Of a stretch of 64,000 bases of DNA, positions 42,605-52,934 are shown piece after piece. Source of the stretch: Pelagomonas calceolata (Eukaryota); contig CAKKNE010000005.1 of assembly GCA_918797485.1 (NCBI GenBank), positions 3,782,001-3,846,000 of the forward strand, in the 5' to 3' direction. A model generated the notes under the pieces. The model had not been told where the DNA came from. It worked only from the letters and a program-made list of their open reading frames with translations, and searched no databases. A program made the translations under genes and the position numbers. Numbering within the stretch: the first letter of the stretch is position 1; the number at the start of each line of letters is the position of its first letter.

Positions 42605-43516
42605 ATGGCGAACCAATACCGCACTCTAACCCGCGACATCGCCGCAAGCTTACGTAGCCAAAACGTGGACGCCGCGGCCGCCGGCGTCGCGCTCGACGCC
42701 TTCGCGGCAGCGCTGCCCGACGGCAAGCTCAAGGCGAGCCTCGGCGACCCCGGCAGCGAGCAGCGGGCGGCCGCGGTGGAGGCCGTCGAAGCGCACCTCG
42801 ACGACACGCTGACGCGCGCCGAAGACGACCTGGGCGCCGACGACGACACGCTGAGCGCGCTCGCGGCCCTCGCCGCCGAGGCGGCCTTCGCGAAAGACGC
42901 CGTGGCGCTCGGCAAGTGTTGCCGAGACGCCGCGCAAACTCTAGGCGAGGCGGAGATCCCGCTGCTGGACCGCAGCGACGGCGACGGCGTCGCCGCGGCG
43001 GCCCAGGCATGCGTCGCCGCGCTCTGCGCGTCAGTGCAATTACTCGAGGACGACGTCGGCGACGAGAGCGACTGGCGCGCCGGCGCACTCGCGGGCTGCT
43101 ACGCGGCACTGTTGGCCCAGACTTCGGGCCGCGCCGAAGCGGCCCTCGACGTGCTCGGCCTGCTCGGATTTAGAGGAGAAGGTCGAGACGTCCGCGGATT
43201 CGCCGAGGCGCTGGCCGAGAACGCCAAGGACGCCGACGCCGCGCTCAAGCTGCTGGCGACCCTGACGGGGCGCAGCGATGTGCGGTCGTCGTGTGCTGCG
43301 TCGGCCGCGGGTCGCATCCACCTTGAGCTCGCGGCTAGGGCGGCGGCACGCCTGGGAGAGCGCGCGGATGATGACGACGCCGCCGCCGTCCGACGCCACG
43401 TCGCGTCCGTCGCGCCGTGTCCGGAGCTTGTGCGCGCCATCGCGGCGGACGCCCCGGCGACATGGCTCGCCCGGGCGGACACGCATGCGCTCGAGGCGTT
43501 GCTTAAGGATGTGTAA
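42605..43516 (+). CDS. Hypothetical Ala-rich alpha-helical protein
   Basis: 303-aa ORF with coding-like codon use. Confidence 0.6.
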   Translation: MANQYRTLTRDIAASLRSQNVDAAAAGVALDAFAAALPDGKLKASLGDPGSEQRAAAVEAVEAHLDDTLTRAEDDLGADDDTLSALAALAAEAAFAKDAVALGKCCRDAAQTLGEAEIPLLDRSDGDGVAAAAQACVAALCASVQLLEDDVGDESDWRAGALAGCYAALLAQTSGRAEAALDVLGLLGFRGEGRDVRGFAEALAENAKDADAALKLLATLTGRSDVRSSCAASAAGRIHLELAARAAARLGERADDDDAAAVRRHVASVAPCPELVRAIAADAPATWLARADTHALEALLKDV

Positions 43517-43606
43517 CAATAAGTTTAAGGTATTTACCGTAGCTGCGATGGATCCGGGCGTCAGATGAGTCGCCGTGGTTGGCGCGGGCGCATCGACGCG
43601 ACCGCC

Positions 43607-44829
43607 TCACCGACTTGACTTGGGTTCGAGGTGCCGCTCGAGCATCCACTCGTGCGGCGTGCCCTTGAGCACGCGGTAGACCGCGTCGTAGTTGCCGATC
43701 GTCGCCGAGATGGGCTTGGACCCGTGGATCATGACTTGCGGGGCGTGCGCGTTCCGGAAGGACGTCACCAAGCCGGCGCCCTTCGCCTCGGCCCGGCGCA
43801 GGCGCTTGACCCGCTCGACGTCGACGCGCGGCCAGGCGCCGAGCTGGTAGAGCACCTTCGCCCACGCGGCCGTGCTCTTCGGCGACGCGTCGATGAGGTC
43901 CTCGTACCAGTATTGCCGCCGCGGCGCGTCGCTCCCGCAGTGATACTCGAACAATTTAACAACGTTCCGCTGCTCGATCTGCGCCTGGTTCAGGTCGGTC
44001 AACAAATTCCGCGTGTTCAGCTTCGGCCGGTAGCGCGCGAGCTTCTGCGCGTCGCGAGCGGACGCGGCGTGCGCGTGGGGGTCGATGTGTTTTCTTTTAG
44101 CTCTTTTGGTGGTGTGCTGGTTCGCGGCCTGCGTGGAAATCAACCATTGGCGTGGGGCGCCCGAAACTTGATCTCCACACGGGTCGCGGCGTTCGAGATC
44201 ATTCTTCTGAGAGTGTTCTTCCGCCACATGAAGATGTAGGGGATGCGCATCTCGCAGATCGACGCGGCGACGGCGGTGAACTCGGGCGGCCGTTTTTTAT
44301 CGTACTTGTAGGGTATCGCGTGGTGGTTGCCGCGGCGGTGGCCCGTGTCGGCCGTGTCGACCATCCACTTGTAGCCCACGTGGCATTCCTTGGTGTCTTT
44401 CGCGGGGCAGCCGCCGACTCGTAAGGGCGCGCCCATCGATCGGTTCCGCTCGTCCTGGTAGCCCGGTCCGCTGTGCGCGTGCACGTGGAAGAAGCGGCGC
44501 ATGGCGCAGGAGCATCGTTTGGAGGGGCTCTTGCTGTGGCAGGCGGCGTAGGCGCCCTTCGCGCGGCGAATCTCGCGCAGGCCGAAGCCCCTAAATTCTA
44601 TTTCAGGGATGTGAGTTTGAAAAGTACCGTTCGACCGTAGGGCCAGCGCGTTGACGAACCATCTCGAACCGCTCCGCTGCTTCGTGAACACAACGAAGCG
44701 CTTCGTCGGCTCGGGGCCGCGCGTCCGGTTGAGCGTGCACGCGCTTTGTGCCGCTCTCAGCTTGTGGACCTCGCGCGACGCGGCGGCCGCGGCGGCGAGC
44801 GTGCAGGCCGCGAGGGTTATTCGGCGCAT
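43607..44829 (-). CDS. Sulfotransferase (Stf0-like); join(44829..44191,44128..43607)
   Basis: Signal anchor, QRSGSRWF (5'-PAPS loop), WRKNTLRRMIS, YEDL; 62-nt GC-AG intron. A possible extra intron at 43610..43543 would extend the C-terminus to 43503. Confidence 0.75.
44129..44190 (-). mobile_element. Minimal introner-like intron (62 nt)
   Basis: TIR cctgcgtggaaatcaa / ttgatctccacacggg; flanking near-duplication ttcgcggc / gtcgcggc. Confidence 0.82.
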
Positions 44830-45049
44830 GGCGGGACGTCTTCAAGGAGAGATTAGTTGAGCGGGCGCGCTTGCTAGGCTTGCGCGCGCCGCGATGTGAC
44901 TTCAAGAGATGCAATATTTTTGGGTCATGCACAGACTCAGACGGGATTGGAATTGACGCCAAAGGAAACTGCGTAATAAAAGGCTCAAGCCAGACTCTGA
45001 AACGGCGAGTCTCGCCAACTCGCGCGGCCGTCCAGCAAAAATGGTGCTT

Positions 45050-45073
45050 GCTAGTGTCTTACTGGACGCTAGC
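45050..45073. promoter_or_regulatory. CTAG-bipartite upstream element
   Basis: gctagtgtcttactggacgctagc in a divergent region. Confidence 0.7.
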
Positions 45074-45269
45074 TCCGTCTCTCGTCGTGCGTATGAGCGC
45101 AAGCCCGCGGCATCAGAGGGCCAAACGATCACAACACACGCGCGAGGGGTCGCAGCGACGACAAAGTACTCAACTTGCGGGCGAGCTCCTCAGACATAGC
45201 TTAGTGCAGCAGCACTGAGCATCTGTATTAGTATACTCACCCACGGTCTACGCCGACAACGTACAACAA

Positions 45270-47597
45270 ATGTGCCGCGCGGCCCCCACACCGGCAACGG
45301 TGCCGAGGAAGACCCTCGTCCAGCTCTACGCCGCATGTATGCTAGAGCTCGCCGTCGTCGCGTTCCTGGCGTTTTACGAGCCGCCGAAGGACTACAACAA
45401 ATGCGCGGCGGCCTTCTTCGCGCTCGGCACGACGACGATAGACCTCGTCCTGCTCGCCGCCGTCCGCTGCGCTACATATATCGTCATAGCGCACCGCACG
45501 CCGCCGTCGAACGAGTCGGCGGACCTCTGGGCCGAGCGCCTGTCGCACGTTTCCCTCATACAACTCACCTACGGCATCGCCAAGGGCGTGTCGCGCGCTT
45601 TAGGAGCGCGGCTCGACTGCCACAGCTCTACAGAAATATTTGATGGCTGCTGCGCGGCGTTCGCGGTCTTCGCGTCAATTGGTCCGGCGTTCCTTGAACG
45701 AAGGCTGCGCACGAAGGCGAAGCGGACTGGATTGAATGAGCCGCTCCTAGGTGAAGACGACGAGCCCAAACGGAAGACGACCTCCACCGTCAAAGCCATC
45801 GCGTCCATCGCGCGGCCGGACGCGCACCTCTTCTGGCTCGCCATGGTCTTTGCGGTCCTGGCCGCATTGGCGACGTCCGCGGTGAGCCTCTGGACGGGCG
45901 ACGCGTTGGATGCGCTCATCGCCCACGGCGACGGCGCCAAGTTCAAGAAACTCATTCTGCAACTCATGCTCATTTCAGTAGCCGGCGCGGCCTGCACGGG
46001 GTGTCGCGGCGGCATCTTCTCCTGGATCGGGGTGAGGATCAACGTTAGAATTAGGGACAAGCTCTTCCGCCACCTGGTCGGTTTAGAATTAGGCTACTAC
46101 GACGTGACGCCTACTGGTGATTTGAACAGCAGATTAGCGTCGGACACGTCAAAGGTCGGCGACCAGGTCTCACTCAACGTCAACGTCTTCGCGCGGACGG
46201 CCGTGCAGCTCGCCACCACCCTCGCCTTCATGGTGCACACGTCGCCGCCCCTCTCGTTGGTGGCGTGCTGCGCCGTGCCGGTGATTGGCGTCGCGACGAA
46301 GCGCTACGGTAAATTGGTGTGGGGCCTCAGCAAAAAAATGCAGAACGAGCTCGCGGGTGCCATGCGCGTCGCCGAGGAGGCGTTCAGCAGTATGCTGACG
46401 GTGCGGTCCATGGCCGCGGAGCCCCTCGTCTGCGCCGACTTCGGGGAAGCCCTCCAAAAGTACGCGCGCGTCGGGCGGTTGCAAGCGTTGTTGTACGCCT
46501 GCTGGCAGTCGTTCAACACGGCCCTCCCGAACCTCATGACCTGCCTCCTGCTCTTCTACGGGGGCCACGTCGTCGACAAGGGCGAGCTGCGGTCGGGGAG
46601 GCTTGTGTCGTTTATGCTCTTAACTCAATCGCTCTCGGACTCGTTCAACACGCTCGCGGACATGTATAGTAATATTGCCGATGCGTTGGGGGCAGCCGAC
46701 AAGGTCTTCGAGCTCCTGGAGCGGCGACCGGCGGCCGACGCGCCGCCCGCGCCACTAAACATGGACGACGACGACGACGCGCCGTGCCGCGGCGACGTCA
46801 GCTTCGAGGACGTCGCGTTCACGTACCCCGCGCGGCCCGATACCGAGGTCCTGCGCGGCGTGTCGTTCCGCGCCGCGCCCGGCGAGGTCGTCGCGCTCGT
46901 CGGGCCGTCGGGCTCGGGCAAGTCGAGCGCGCTCGCACTACTCCAGAACTTCTACGCGCCATCTCGCGGCGCTGTCCTCCTCGACGGGAGGCCCGTGACG
47001 GCGCGGTCCCACGCGTGGCTCCACCGGCGCATCGCCATGGTCGGCCAGGAGCCCGTCCTCTTCGCGCGGTCGATCGCCGCGAACGTCGCGTACGGCCTCC
47101 GAAAGCCTCCTTCCGACGAGAAGGTTGCCGAGTGCCTGCGGGCGGCGAACGCGGCGTCCTTCATCGACGAACTGCCGGAGAAGGCGGACACGGAGGTCGG
47201 CGAGCGCGGCGCGGCGCTGAGCGGCGGCCAGAAGCAAAGAGTGGCCATCGCACGTGCGCTTTGCAGGGATCCGGCCGTTTTATGCTTGGACGAGGCGACT
47301 TCGGCGCTGGACGCGGAGTCGGAGCGCTGCGTGCAAGACGCATTGGACGCGCTTATCGAGGCGTCGTCGATCACGGTGCTGGTCGTGGCCCACCGCCTGT
47401 CGACGGTGCGCGATGCGGATAGAATATGTGTCATGAAAAGGGGGCTGCTCGTGGAGACGGGCACGCACGACGATCTGTTTCAGCGCGACGGCGTCTACGC
47501 CGACTTGGTGCGGCGCCAGACGCGGCTGGCGCGGAGCGACTCGCAGTCGCTCCTCTCGCAGAAGTCGTCGTCGGCGTCGTTGGGCGACGCCGTGTAA
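45270..47597 (+). CDS. ABC transporter subfamily B half-transporter (TAP/ABCB9-like)
   Basis: TMD plus GPSGSGKS, VGQEPVLF, LSGGQKQR, LDEATSALD. Confidence 0.93.
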   Translation: MCRAAPTPATVPRKTLVQLYAACMLELAVVAFLAFYEPPKDYNKCAAAFFALGTTTIDLVLLAAVRCATYIVIAHRTPPSNESADLWAERLSHVSLIQLTYGIAKGVSRALGARLDCHSSTEIFDGCCAAFAVFASIGPAFLERRLRTKAKRTGLNEPLLGEDDEPKRKTTSTVKAIASIARPDAHLFWLAMVFAVLAALATSAVSLWTGDALDALIAHGDGAKFKKLILQLMLISVAGAACTGCRGGIFSWIGVRINVRIRDKLFRHLVGLELGYYDVTPTGDLNSRLASDTSKVGDQVSLNVNVFARTAVQLATTLAFMVHTSPPLSLVACCAVPVIGVATKRYGKLVWGLSKKMQNELAGAMRVAEEAFSSMLTVRSMAAEPLVCADFGEALQKYARVGRLQALLYACWQSFNTALPNLMTCLLLFYGGHVVDKGELRSGRLVSFMLLTQSLSDSFNTLADMYSNIADALGAADKVFELLERRPAADAPPAPLNMDDDDDAPCRGDVSFEDVAFTYPARPDTEVLRGVSFRAAPGEVVALVGPSGSGKSSALALLQNFYAPSRGAVLLDGRPVTARSHAWLHRRIAMVGQEPVLFARSIAANVAYGLRKPPSDEKVAECLRAANAASFIDELPEKADTEVGERGAALSGGQKQRVAIARALCRDPAVLCLDEATSALDAESERCVQDALDALIEASSITVLVVAHRLSTVRDADRICVMKRGLLVETGTHDDLFQRDGVYADLVRRQTRLARSDSQSLLSQKSSSASLGDAV

Positions 47598-47612
47598 GAT
47601 AGTCTGTTTAAA

Positions 47613-48512
47613 TCACAAACCCACAAGCTTAAAGGGCGGCCGCGCCTCATCCAAAACGCGCCGCCACGCGGGCCCCCCGTCGCGACCGGCCCCCGGCGCG
47701 GCGAAGAACGGCAGGAGGCCGTCGCCGGGCGGCCCGCGGCAGACCGCCGCGCAGTGCCACTCATCCAAAAACGCGACGTCGACGCGCCAGCGGCGGTCGA
47801 CGCGGCCGTCGAGGACGACGTGCGCGCTCGCGAAGGGCCCGCGCCCGCCCCGGGCGTATCCAACAAACTCCACGCGGCTGAGGTCGTAGGCCAGGCCCTG
47901 GCCCAGGGCCTTGGCGAAGGCCTCCTTGCAGGCCCAGAGCGCCAGGAACGCGTCGAGGTCCACGCCTCCCGAAAAGAACGCGGCCCACTCTTCAATGGAG
48001 AAGGCGGCGCGGTAGGGCTCCAGCGATTCTGAAAGCGCCTCGCAGCGTTGTTTCCCACCGCAGACGTCCACCCCGACCAGAGCGAGCGGCTCCGACGCCA
48101 CGAGCACGTAGTCGCCGTCGTGCGAGACGCTGAAGTTGAAATTGGCGTGAGGCGGCGCGCCGCGGGCGACGGCGTAGGGCTTGCCCCGCGCCGTCCGCGT
48201 GACGCCCTCGTAGGCGTCTACGAGGCCGACCCGGGCGCACCGTCTTGCTAAAACGCGCGAGACCAGGGCCCGCTTCTGGTCCGCCGGCTTCGCGAACGCC
48301 AGCACGCGCGCCCGCTCGCGCTCGTCGTCGATAGTTAACCGCAGCGCCTCGAAGGCCTCCGACCCGGGCTCGACCGCGTCGACGCGGCACGCCCAGCGCA
48401 CGGCGCCGCCCTCCTCGCGGCCGAGACGCCGCGCGATGGCCTCACGCTCGCCGCCGAGGCGCCACGCCGCCGGTGGCGCGTCGTCCTCCGCGGACGAAAA
48501 CAGGCTGCCCAT
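47613..48512 (-). CDS. Sfp/AASDHPPT-type 4'-phosphopantetheinyl transferase
   Basis: GKP, FSVSHDG, VGVDV, WACKEAFAKALGQGL. Confidence 0.9.
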   Translation of the reverse strand: MGSLFSSAEDDAPPAAWRLGGEREAIARRLGREEGGAVRWACRVDAVEPGSEAFEALRLTIDDERERARVLAFAKPADQKRALVSRVLARRCARVGLVDAYEGVTRTARGKPYAVARGAPPHANFNFSVSHDGDYVLVASEPLALVGVDVCGGKQRCEALSESLEPYRAAFSIEEWAAFFSGGVDLDAFLALWACKEAFAKALGQGLAYDLSRVEFVGYARGGRGPFASAHVVLDGRVDRRWRVDVAFLDEWHCAAVCRGPPGDGLLPFFAAPGAGRDGGPAWRRVLDEARPPFKLVGL

Positions 48513-48659
48513 GCTAGTTAGTGGCCCAGCGACTTCATGGCTGCCCCGCGCCGCACGCGTTGTCTGCCGTCACGGGGCTGTTATTGGGCTGCCTTAAAGC
48601 GGTCGGAACCAGCCGTACGGGGCGCTCTGTAGACTAGAGAGCTAAATCTCTCTGAGCTT

Positions 48660-48683
48660 GCTAGTGTGTTACTGGCCGCTAGC
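48660..48683. promoter_or_regulatory. CTAG-bipartite upstream element
   Basis: gctagtgtgttactggccgctagc in a divergent region. Confidence 0.7.
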
Positions 48684-48876
48684 TCCGCTGGCGGCGCCGC
48701 TGATTTTGTGGTTTGGGTCCTTTGAGGTGCCTTCACATTCGTCCACATTCGTGCCGCGGCTTGCTCGAGGACGGCTGTGCCGCGTGCAACGGCACCCAAA
48801 GTGTAGCACACAAAAGCCCTTGAGTCCCAGTCCACTGCGAGGCGGGATACTCTAGCGCTCGACGTCGTCAAAAGCC

Positions 48877-49917
48877 ATGCTCCTGCGCCGCGCCGCAAGC
48901 GCGATCAAAGCAGCGAAGCAGCGCCGCCACTACAGAGCGCTAGTCAAGCGATCTGCGGCCGACCCACCAAACCTCGAGGATCTAGAATTAGAGACGGCGC
49001 CCGCACCACCCAAAGGCGACGCCACCGCGTTACTTAGAGTGCGCTACTCGTCGCTCAACTACAAGGACGGGTTAGTATTAACCGGCTCCAGAGGTGTGGC
49101 AAAGTACCCGGTAGTCCCGGGCATCAACCTCGTCGGCACCGTGATACAGGACGCGCCCTTCGCCCCGCCCAAAGGTTCAAGAGTGGCCTGCGTCAATGGC
49201 CAACTCGGGCAAACGAATGACGGGGGCTACGCCGAATTTTGTAGAGTGCCGTCCCAAGACCTGACTCTATTACCTGATTCGCTCGACGACTTCGCCGCGG
49301 CGGCCGTTGGGACGGCGGGGTTTACGGCCATGCAGTGCATCCTGCACTTGGAAAGATACGGCGGCCTCGATGATACGCCATCAACCGTACTGGTGACGGG
49401 CGCGGCCGGCGGTGTTGGAAGTTTGGCCGTGCAGCTCCTCGCCGCGCGGGGCCATACGGTCATTGCGTCGTCGTCGCGCGCTGCTGAAGAGGAGGCGTAT
49501 TTGATGCGGCTGGGTGCGTCCAGGGTCGTGGGGCGCCTCGAGGCGCCGTCCAAACCGTTGGATCGTGTGCGGTTCGACTACGCGGTGGACTGCGTCGGCG
49601 GCGACCCGCTCGCGCACTGTTTGTCGAGGTGCGGCGCGCGCGGCGCCGTGGCGGCGTGTGGGAACGCGGCGTCGGGCGACCTGCGGACCACGGTCTTTCC
49701 CTTCATATTGCGGGGCGTGCGGCTTTTAGGAGTGGACTCGGTGAACCCGCCCGCGGAGGAGCGCAACGCCGTCTGGGAGCGCCTCGACCGGGATTTGGAC
49801 CGGGATTTGTTGGAGGCGACCACCACCACAATTCCGCTGGCGGACGTGCCGCGCGTGGCCGATGATATTCTGGAGGGGCGCGTCCGCGGGCGCGTCGTCG
49901 TCGACTTGGCGGCCTAA
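48877..49917 (+). CDS. acuI: YhdH/AcuI-family NADPH acryloyl-CoA reductase
   Basis: YSSLNYKD, GTAGFTA, VLVTGAAGGVGS, PFILRGVRLLGVDSV, GRVRGRVVVD. Confidence 0.85.
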   Translation: MLLRRAASAIKAAKQRRHYRALVKRSAADPPNLEDLELETAPAPPKGDATALLRVRYSSLNYKDGLVLTGSRGVAKYPVVPGINLVGTVIQDAPFAPPKGSRVACVNGQLGQTNDGGYAEFCRVPSQDLTLLPDSLDDFAAAAVGTAGFTAMQCILHLERYGGLDDTPSTVLVTGAAGGVGSLAVQLLAARGHTVIASSSRAAEEEAYLMRLGASRVVGRLEAPSKPLDRVRFDYAVDCVGGDPLAHCLSRCGARGAVAACGNAASGDLRTTVFPFILRGVRLLGVDSVNPPAEERNAVWERLDRDLDRDLLEATTTTIPLADVPRVADDILEGRVRGRVVVDLAA

Positions 49918-50294
49918 GACTTGTGTTGTACCTAGCTAACCTTCTTCTGTGACGATGCAAGGACGAGTGGACGGAGCTTAGAGGCGGAGCCCCTGCCCAG
50001 GGTTGGGGGGAGACACCACGCGCCGCGATTACCCCCGCAGTTTGGCGTGCTGGGGTACGCATCTCACGACCGGTCGCCGTGTGAAGCCTGCTACGCGCTG
50101 GCGGAGGGCTAGAGAGCCCTCGCGCGGACCCCGCGTGCCAGTTCAACATAGAAGCGAGCCATTTCGATGGCTTTGTCTTGTGCTCGGTCTTGGCGTCGCG
50201 GCGCCAAACCGGGCGCGAATCGCTGCCCCTGAGCACTCGCGAGGCTGCACGGGCTGCCCTTGCGACGCCCAGTCGCCGCGGCGCAGCAGCAGCA

Positions 50295-52070
50295 ATGGCG
50301 GACGCCACCTACGGCGCGTCCACGCCCACAGAGACCGAGGTCGTGGACGATGAGCGCACGACGCTGATCCAGAAGAGGCGGCCGCGGAGACTGCGACGGT
50401 CCGTCGCCGCCGCCGCAGCATTAATACTGTGCGGCACCGCCGTCAAAGTAAAACGCGGTTCGATACGCGAGTACCGATTAGGATCGGACGTCGGCGAGCT
50501 GGGCGAGTACCCCACGGCGACCTGGGAGGCTGTGAATAACGACAGTGTGGAAAAGGTTTATGATTTGGAGGAGCACATCCTAGTCACGACGGAAGTGAAC
50601 AACGCCTACGTCTTCTACAAGGAACTGCTGTTCGGGAGGTTAGGTAGAGCGACGGGGACCCTGGATCCCTCGAAAGGCGTCCGGGTCAAGTCGCACGCCT
50701 ACGCGACGAGCGCCTGGAACACATTTCAATCAAACTTGGATGATAAGCTTGTGAAAGCCAACTCCATCGTTTGGGTCTCGGTGGTCAACACAATGGATAC
50801 ATTAGTTGCCGGCGGCATGCAGAAGGAGCTGAATGCGATGGGTGTGGCGGATGAGGTGATCTACTGGGGCTGCAATTCCGGTGAGACTTGTGACGGGAGC
50901 GATGGGGAATTGCTCGTAGGCGAGTGCGTCTATACGTATGGCGACGACGTTTTGTTGCACAACACGTTATTGAGGACGTTGCTGTCTTATGAGTTACCTC
51001 TTACCATAGTGCTAGCTTCCGACTTGGACTGCAAGACGCGATTGCCAGTAACCCACCACAAGATCATATACGCCGGGGACTCTTCTCAAGCACAGTTCGA
51101 CGAATACGTGTCAAGGGGCGGCGACGCGGCCTGGTTCCCCTTCGGCTACGAGGGGGTTGTGACGGACGACGAGGTCGATGAGCTGGTCGAGAACGTTGAG
51201 GCGTCCCTGAAAGCCGAGAAGGACACGTTACTATCCTACTCGGGCTCGGTGATATACCGGAAGCCGTCGCGCGTCCGGTTGGGGGAGTGGGCCATTTCGG
51301 GAGGCATCGAGGAGATGGAGCAATTGGCGGCTCGGTCCGGTCTCAAACTGGACGTCGAGTCCTACGGCATGTACGGCATGGATATAGTGCATCCCGAGGG
51401 GCCCGAGGTCGAGTGGACGGCCGGCGTTTCGGATCCGGATTCGGATACGCTCCAGGGGCGGTCGTATTATGTCCTCGCGCCGGCGGGCGACGTCTGGACG
51501 TCGGGCCGCATGCTGGAAGCATTAACCTTCGGCGCGATCCCCGTCGTTGACCAGACTTATAAGACCGACGGGGGATTGAGCGCCAAGGGCTGCGAGGACC
51601 CGGCCCTGCATTGGCACGAGGTCGCCGCCGACACGTTTGTCTTTGTGGACGACTGGCCCAAGCTTCCCGAGACGCTCGTGGCGAACGACGCTCTGGACGT
51701 CGAGAAACGTGCAGCTAGAGTAGCAAGGTTGCACGGCGTCCTCCGCCGCGTCGCGGACGACGCGCGCGACGCGATCCTGACGCCGCCGAAGAACGCGAAG
51801 ACGGTCTGCGAGACCGTCCCCCTCTTCGACGACGAGCTCCAGCAGCTCGTGCAGCAGGCCTACGACTACTACACGCAGCCCGCGCCCGAGGGCGCGCCGT
51901 TTGGCGGCATGCCCTGGTTCGACGCGTTCGTGGAGAACCCGTCGCTGCCGACGAACACGTGCGGGGCGAAGGATCTCTCGGCGTCGAACGGCGCGAAGTG
52001 TTTCGACGAGGCGTGCGCGCTGCCGAGCGCCGCATCATTTGACTGCAAGGCTGTGGATACAACTGTGTAA
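50295..52070 (+). CDS. Type II membrane glycosyltransferase (exostosin/GT47-like)
   Basis: N-terminal TM; SYYVLAPAGD..SGRMLEAL.FGAIPVV. Confidence 0.65.
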   Translation: MADATYGASTPTETEVVDDERTTLIQKRRPRRLRRSVAAAAALILCGTAVKVKRGSIREYRLGSDVGELGEYPTATWEAVNNDSVEKVYDLEEHILVTTEVNNAYVFYKELLFGRLGRATGTLDPSKGVRVKSHAYATSAWNTFQSNLDDKLVKANSIVWVSVVNTMDTLVAGGMQKELNAMGVADEVIYWGCNSGETCDGSDGELLVGECVYTYGDDVLLHNTLLRTLLSYELPLTIVLASDLDCKTRLPVTHHKIIYAGDSSQAQFDEYVSRGGDAAWFPFGYEGVVTDDEVDELVENVEASLKAEKDTLLSYSGSVIYRKPSRVRLGEWAISGGIEEMEQLAARSGLKLDVESYGMYGMDIVHPEGPEVEWTAGVSDPDSDTLQGRSYYVLAPAGDVWTSGRMLEALTFGAIPVVDQTYKTDGGLSAKGCEDPALHWHEVAADTFVFVDDWPKLPETLVANDALDVEKRAARVARLHGVLRRVADDARDAILTPPKNAKTVCETVPLFDDELQQLVQQAYDYYTQPAPEGAPFGGMPWFDAFVENPSLPTNTCGAKDLSASNGAKCFDEACALPSAASFDCKAVDTTV

Positions 52071-52073
52071 TAT

Positions 52074-52934
52074 TTAGGGACTACTCTGCTTCTTCTGGCG
52101 CCGGAGGAACTTCTCCGTCGCCTCTTCTTTATTTGAGGTAATCCTTCCGCCCGGGTGGGCGAACGTACGCTTGGGGATTGGTGGTGGCGCTTTCGCCGCG
52201 TCGGCCGCGAACTTGGCCGCGCGGCGCTGGCGCCGCAGCTCCTCCTTCGAGTCGGCGCGCGCGCGCACGATGCCGCCGCGCGGCGAGTAGCCCCCACTCT
52301 TGCGCTTGCGCTTCTTGTCCCACGTCGTGACGAGGGGCTCGCGGTAGGCGGCCGGCGGTGCATCGGCGGAGCTCGCGTCCGAGTCGGAGCTCTCGGAGGC
52401 GTCGCTGCTGCTGTCGGAGTCGTCGCCGCTGCTGTCGGCCATCACGACGTCATCACCCAGCATCTCCCGCGCGAGCCGCGCCTCCGCCGCACCGGCATCC
52501 GTCGCGGCGCCCCGCGGCGACGTCTCGTCCGTCGACAGCCGCCGCGCCCACTCGCGCGCCCAGGCGTCGTCGGACGAGTCCGAGTCCGGGTCCGACGCGC
52601 TCGCAACGTCGCCGTCGTCGTCGTCGCAGGCGCCCCACATGTCGTCGTCCGAGCCCCCGTCGCGGCCGTCGCCGGCCCACGAGTCCGCGTCGTCCGAGCC
52701 GTCTTCATCAACCTCGTCGGGATCCGGCGCGCCGTCGGGGTTCGCCCCCAGCAAAAACGCGTCGACGGCGTCGTCATCATCCGAGGCGCCCCGGTCGTCG
52801 CCGGCCCACGACGCGTCGTCCTCCAGGTCGCCGCCCGACGCGAGCCAGAACGACGTGTCGAGCTTGCGCTCGGCGACGCCCGCTTCCCTCCATCGGCGGC
52901 GCTTGGCCTGGTGGCGGCGCGACACGCGGCCCAT
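52074..52934 (-). CDS. Acidic low-complexity protein with basic termini
   Basis: D/S-rich core; ORF from MGRVSRR. Confidence 0.6.
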   Translation of the reverse strand: MGRVSRRHQAKRRRWREAGVAERKLDTSFWLASGGDLEDDASWAGDDRGASDDDDAVDAFLLGANPDGAPDPDEVDEDGSDDADSWAGDGRDGGSDDDMWGACDDDDGDVASASDPDSDSSDDAWAREWARRLSTDETSPRGAATDAGAAEARLAREMLGDDVVMADSSGDDSDSSSDASESSDSDASSADAPPAAYREPLVTTWDKKRKRKSGGYSPRGGIVRARADSKEELRRQRRAAKFAADAAKAPPPIPKRTFAHPGGRITSNKEEATEKFLRRQKKQSSP

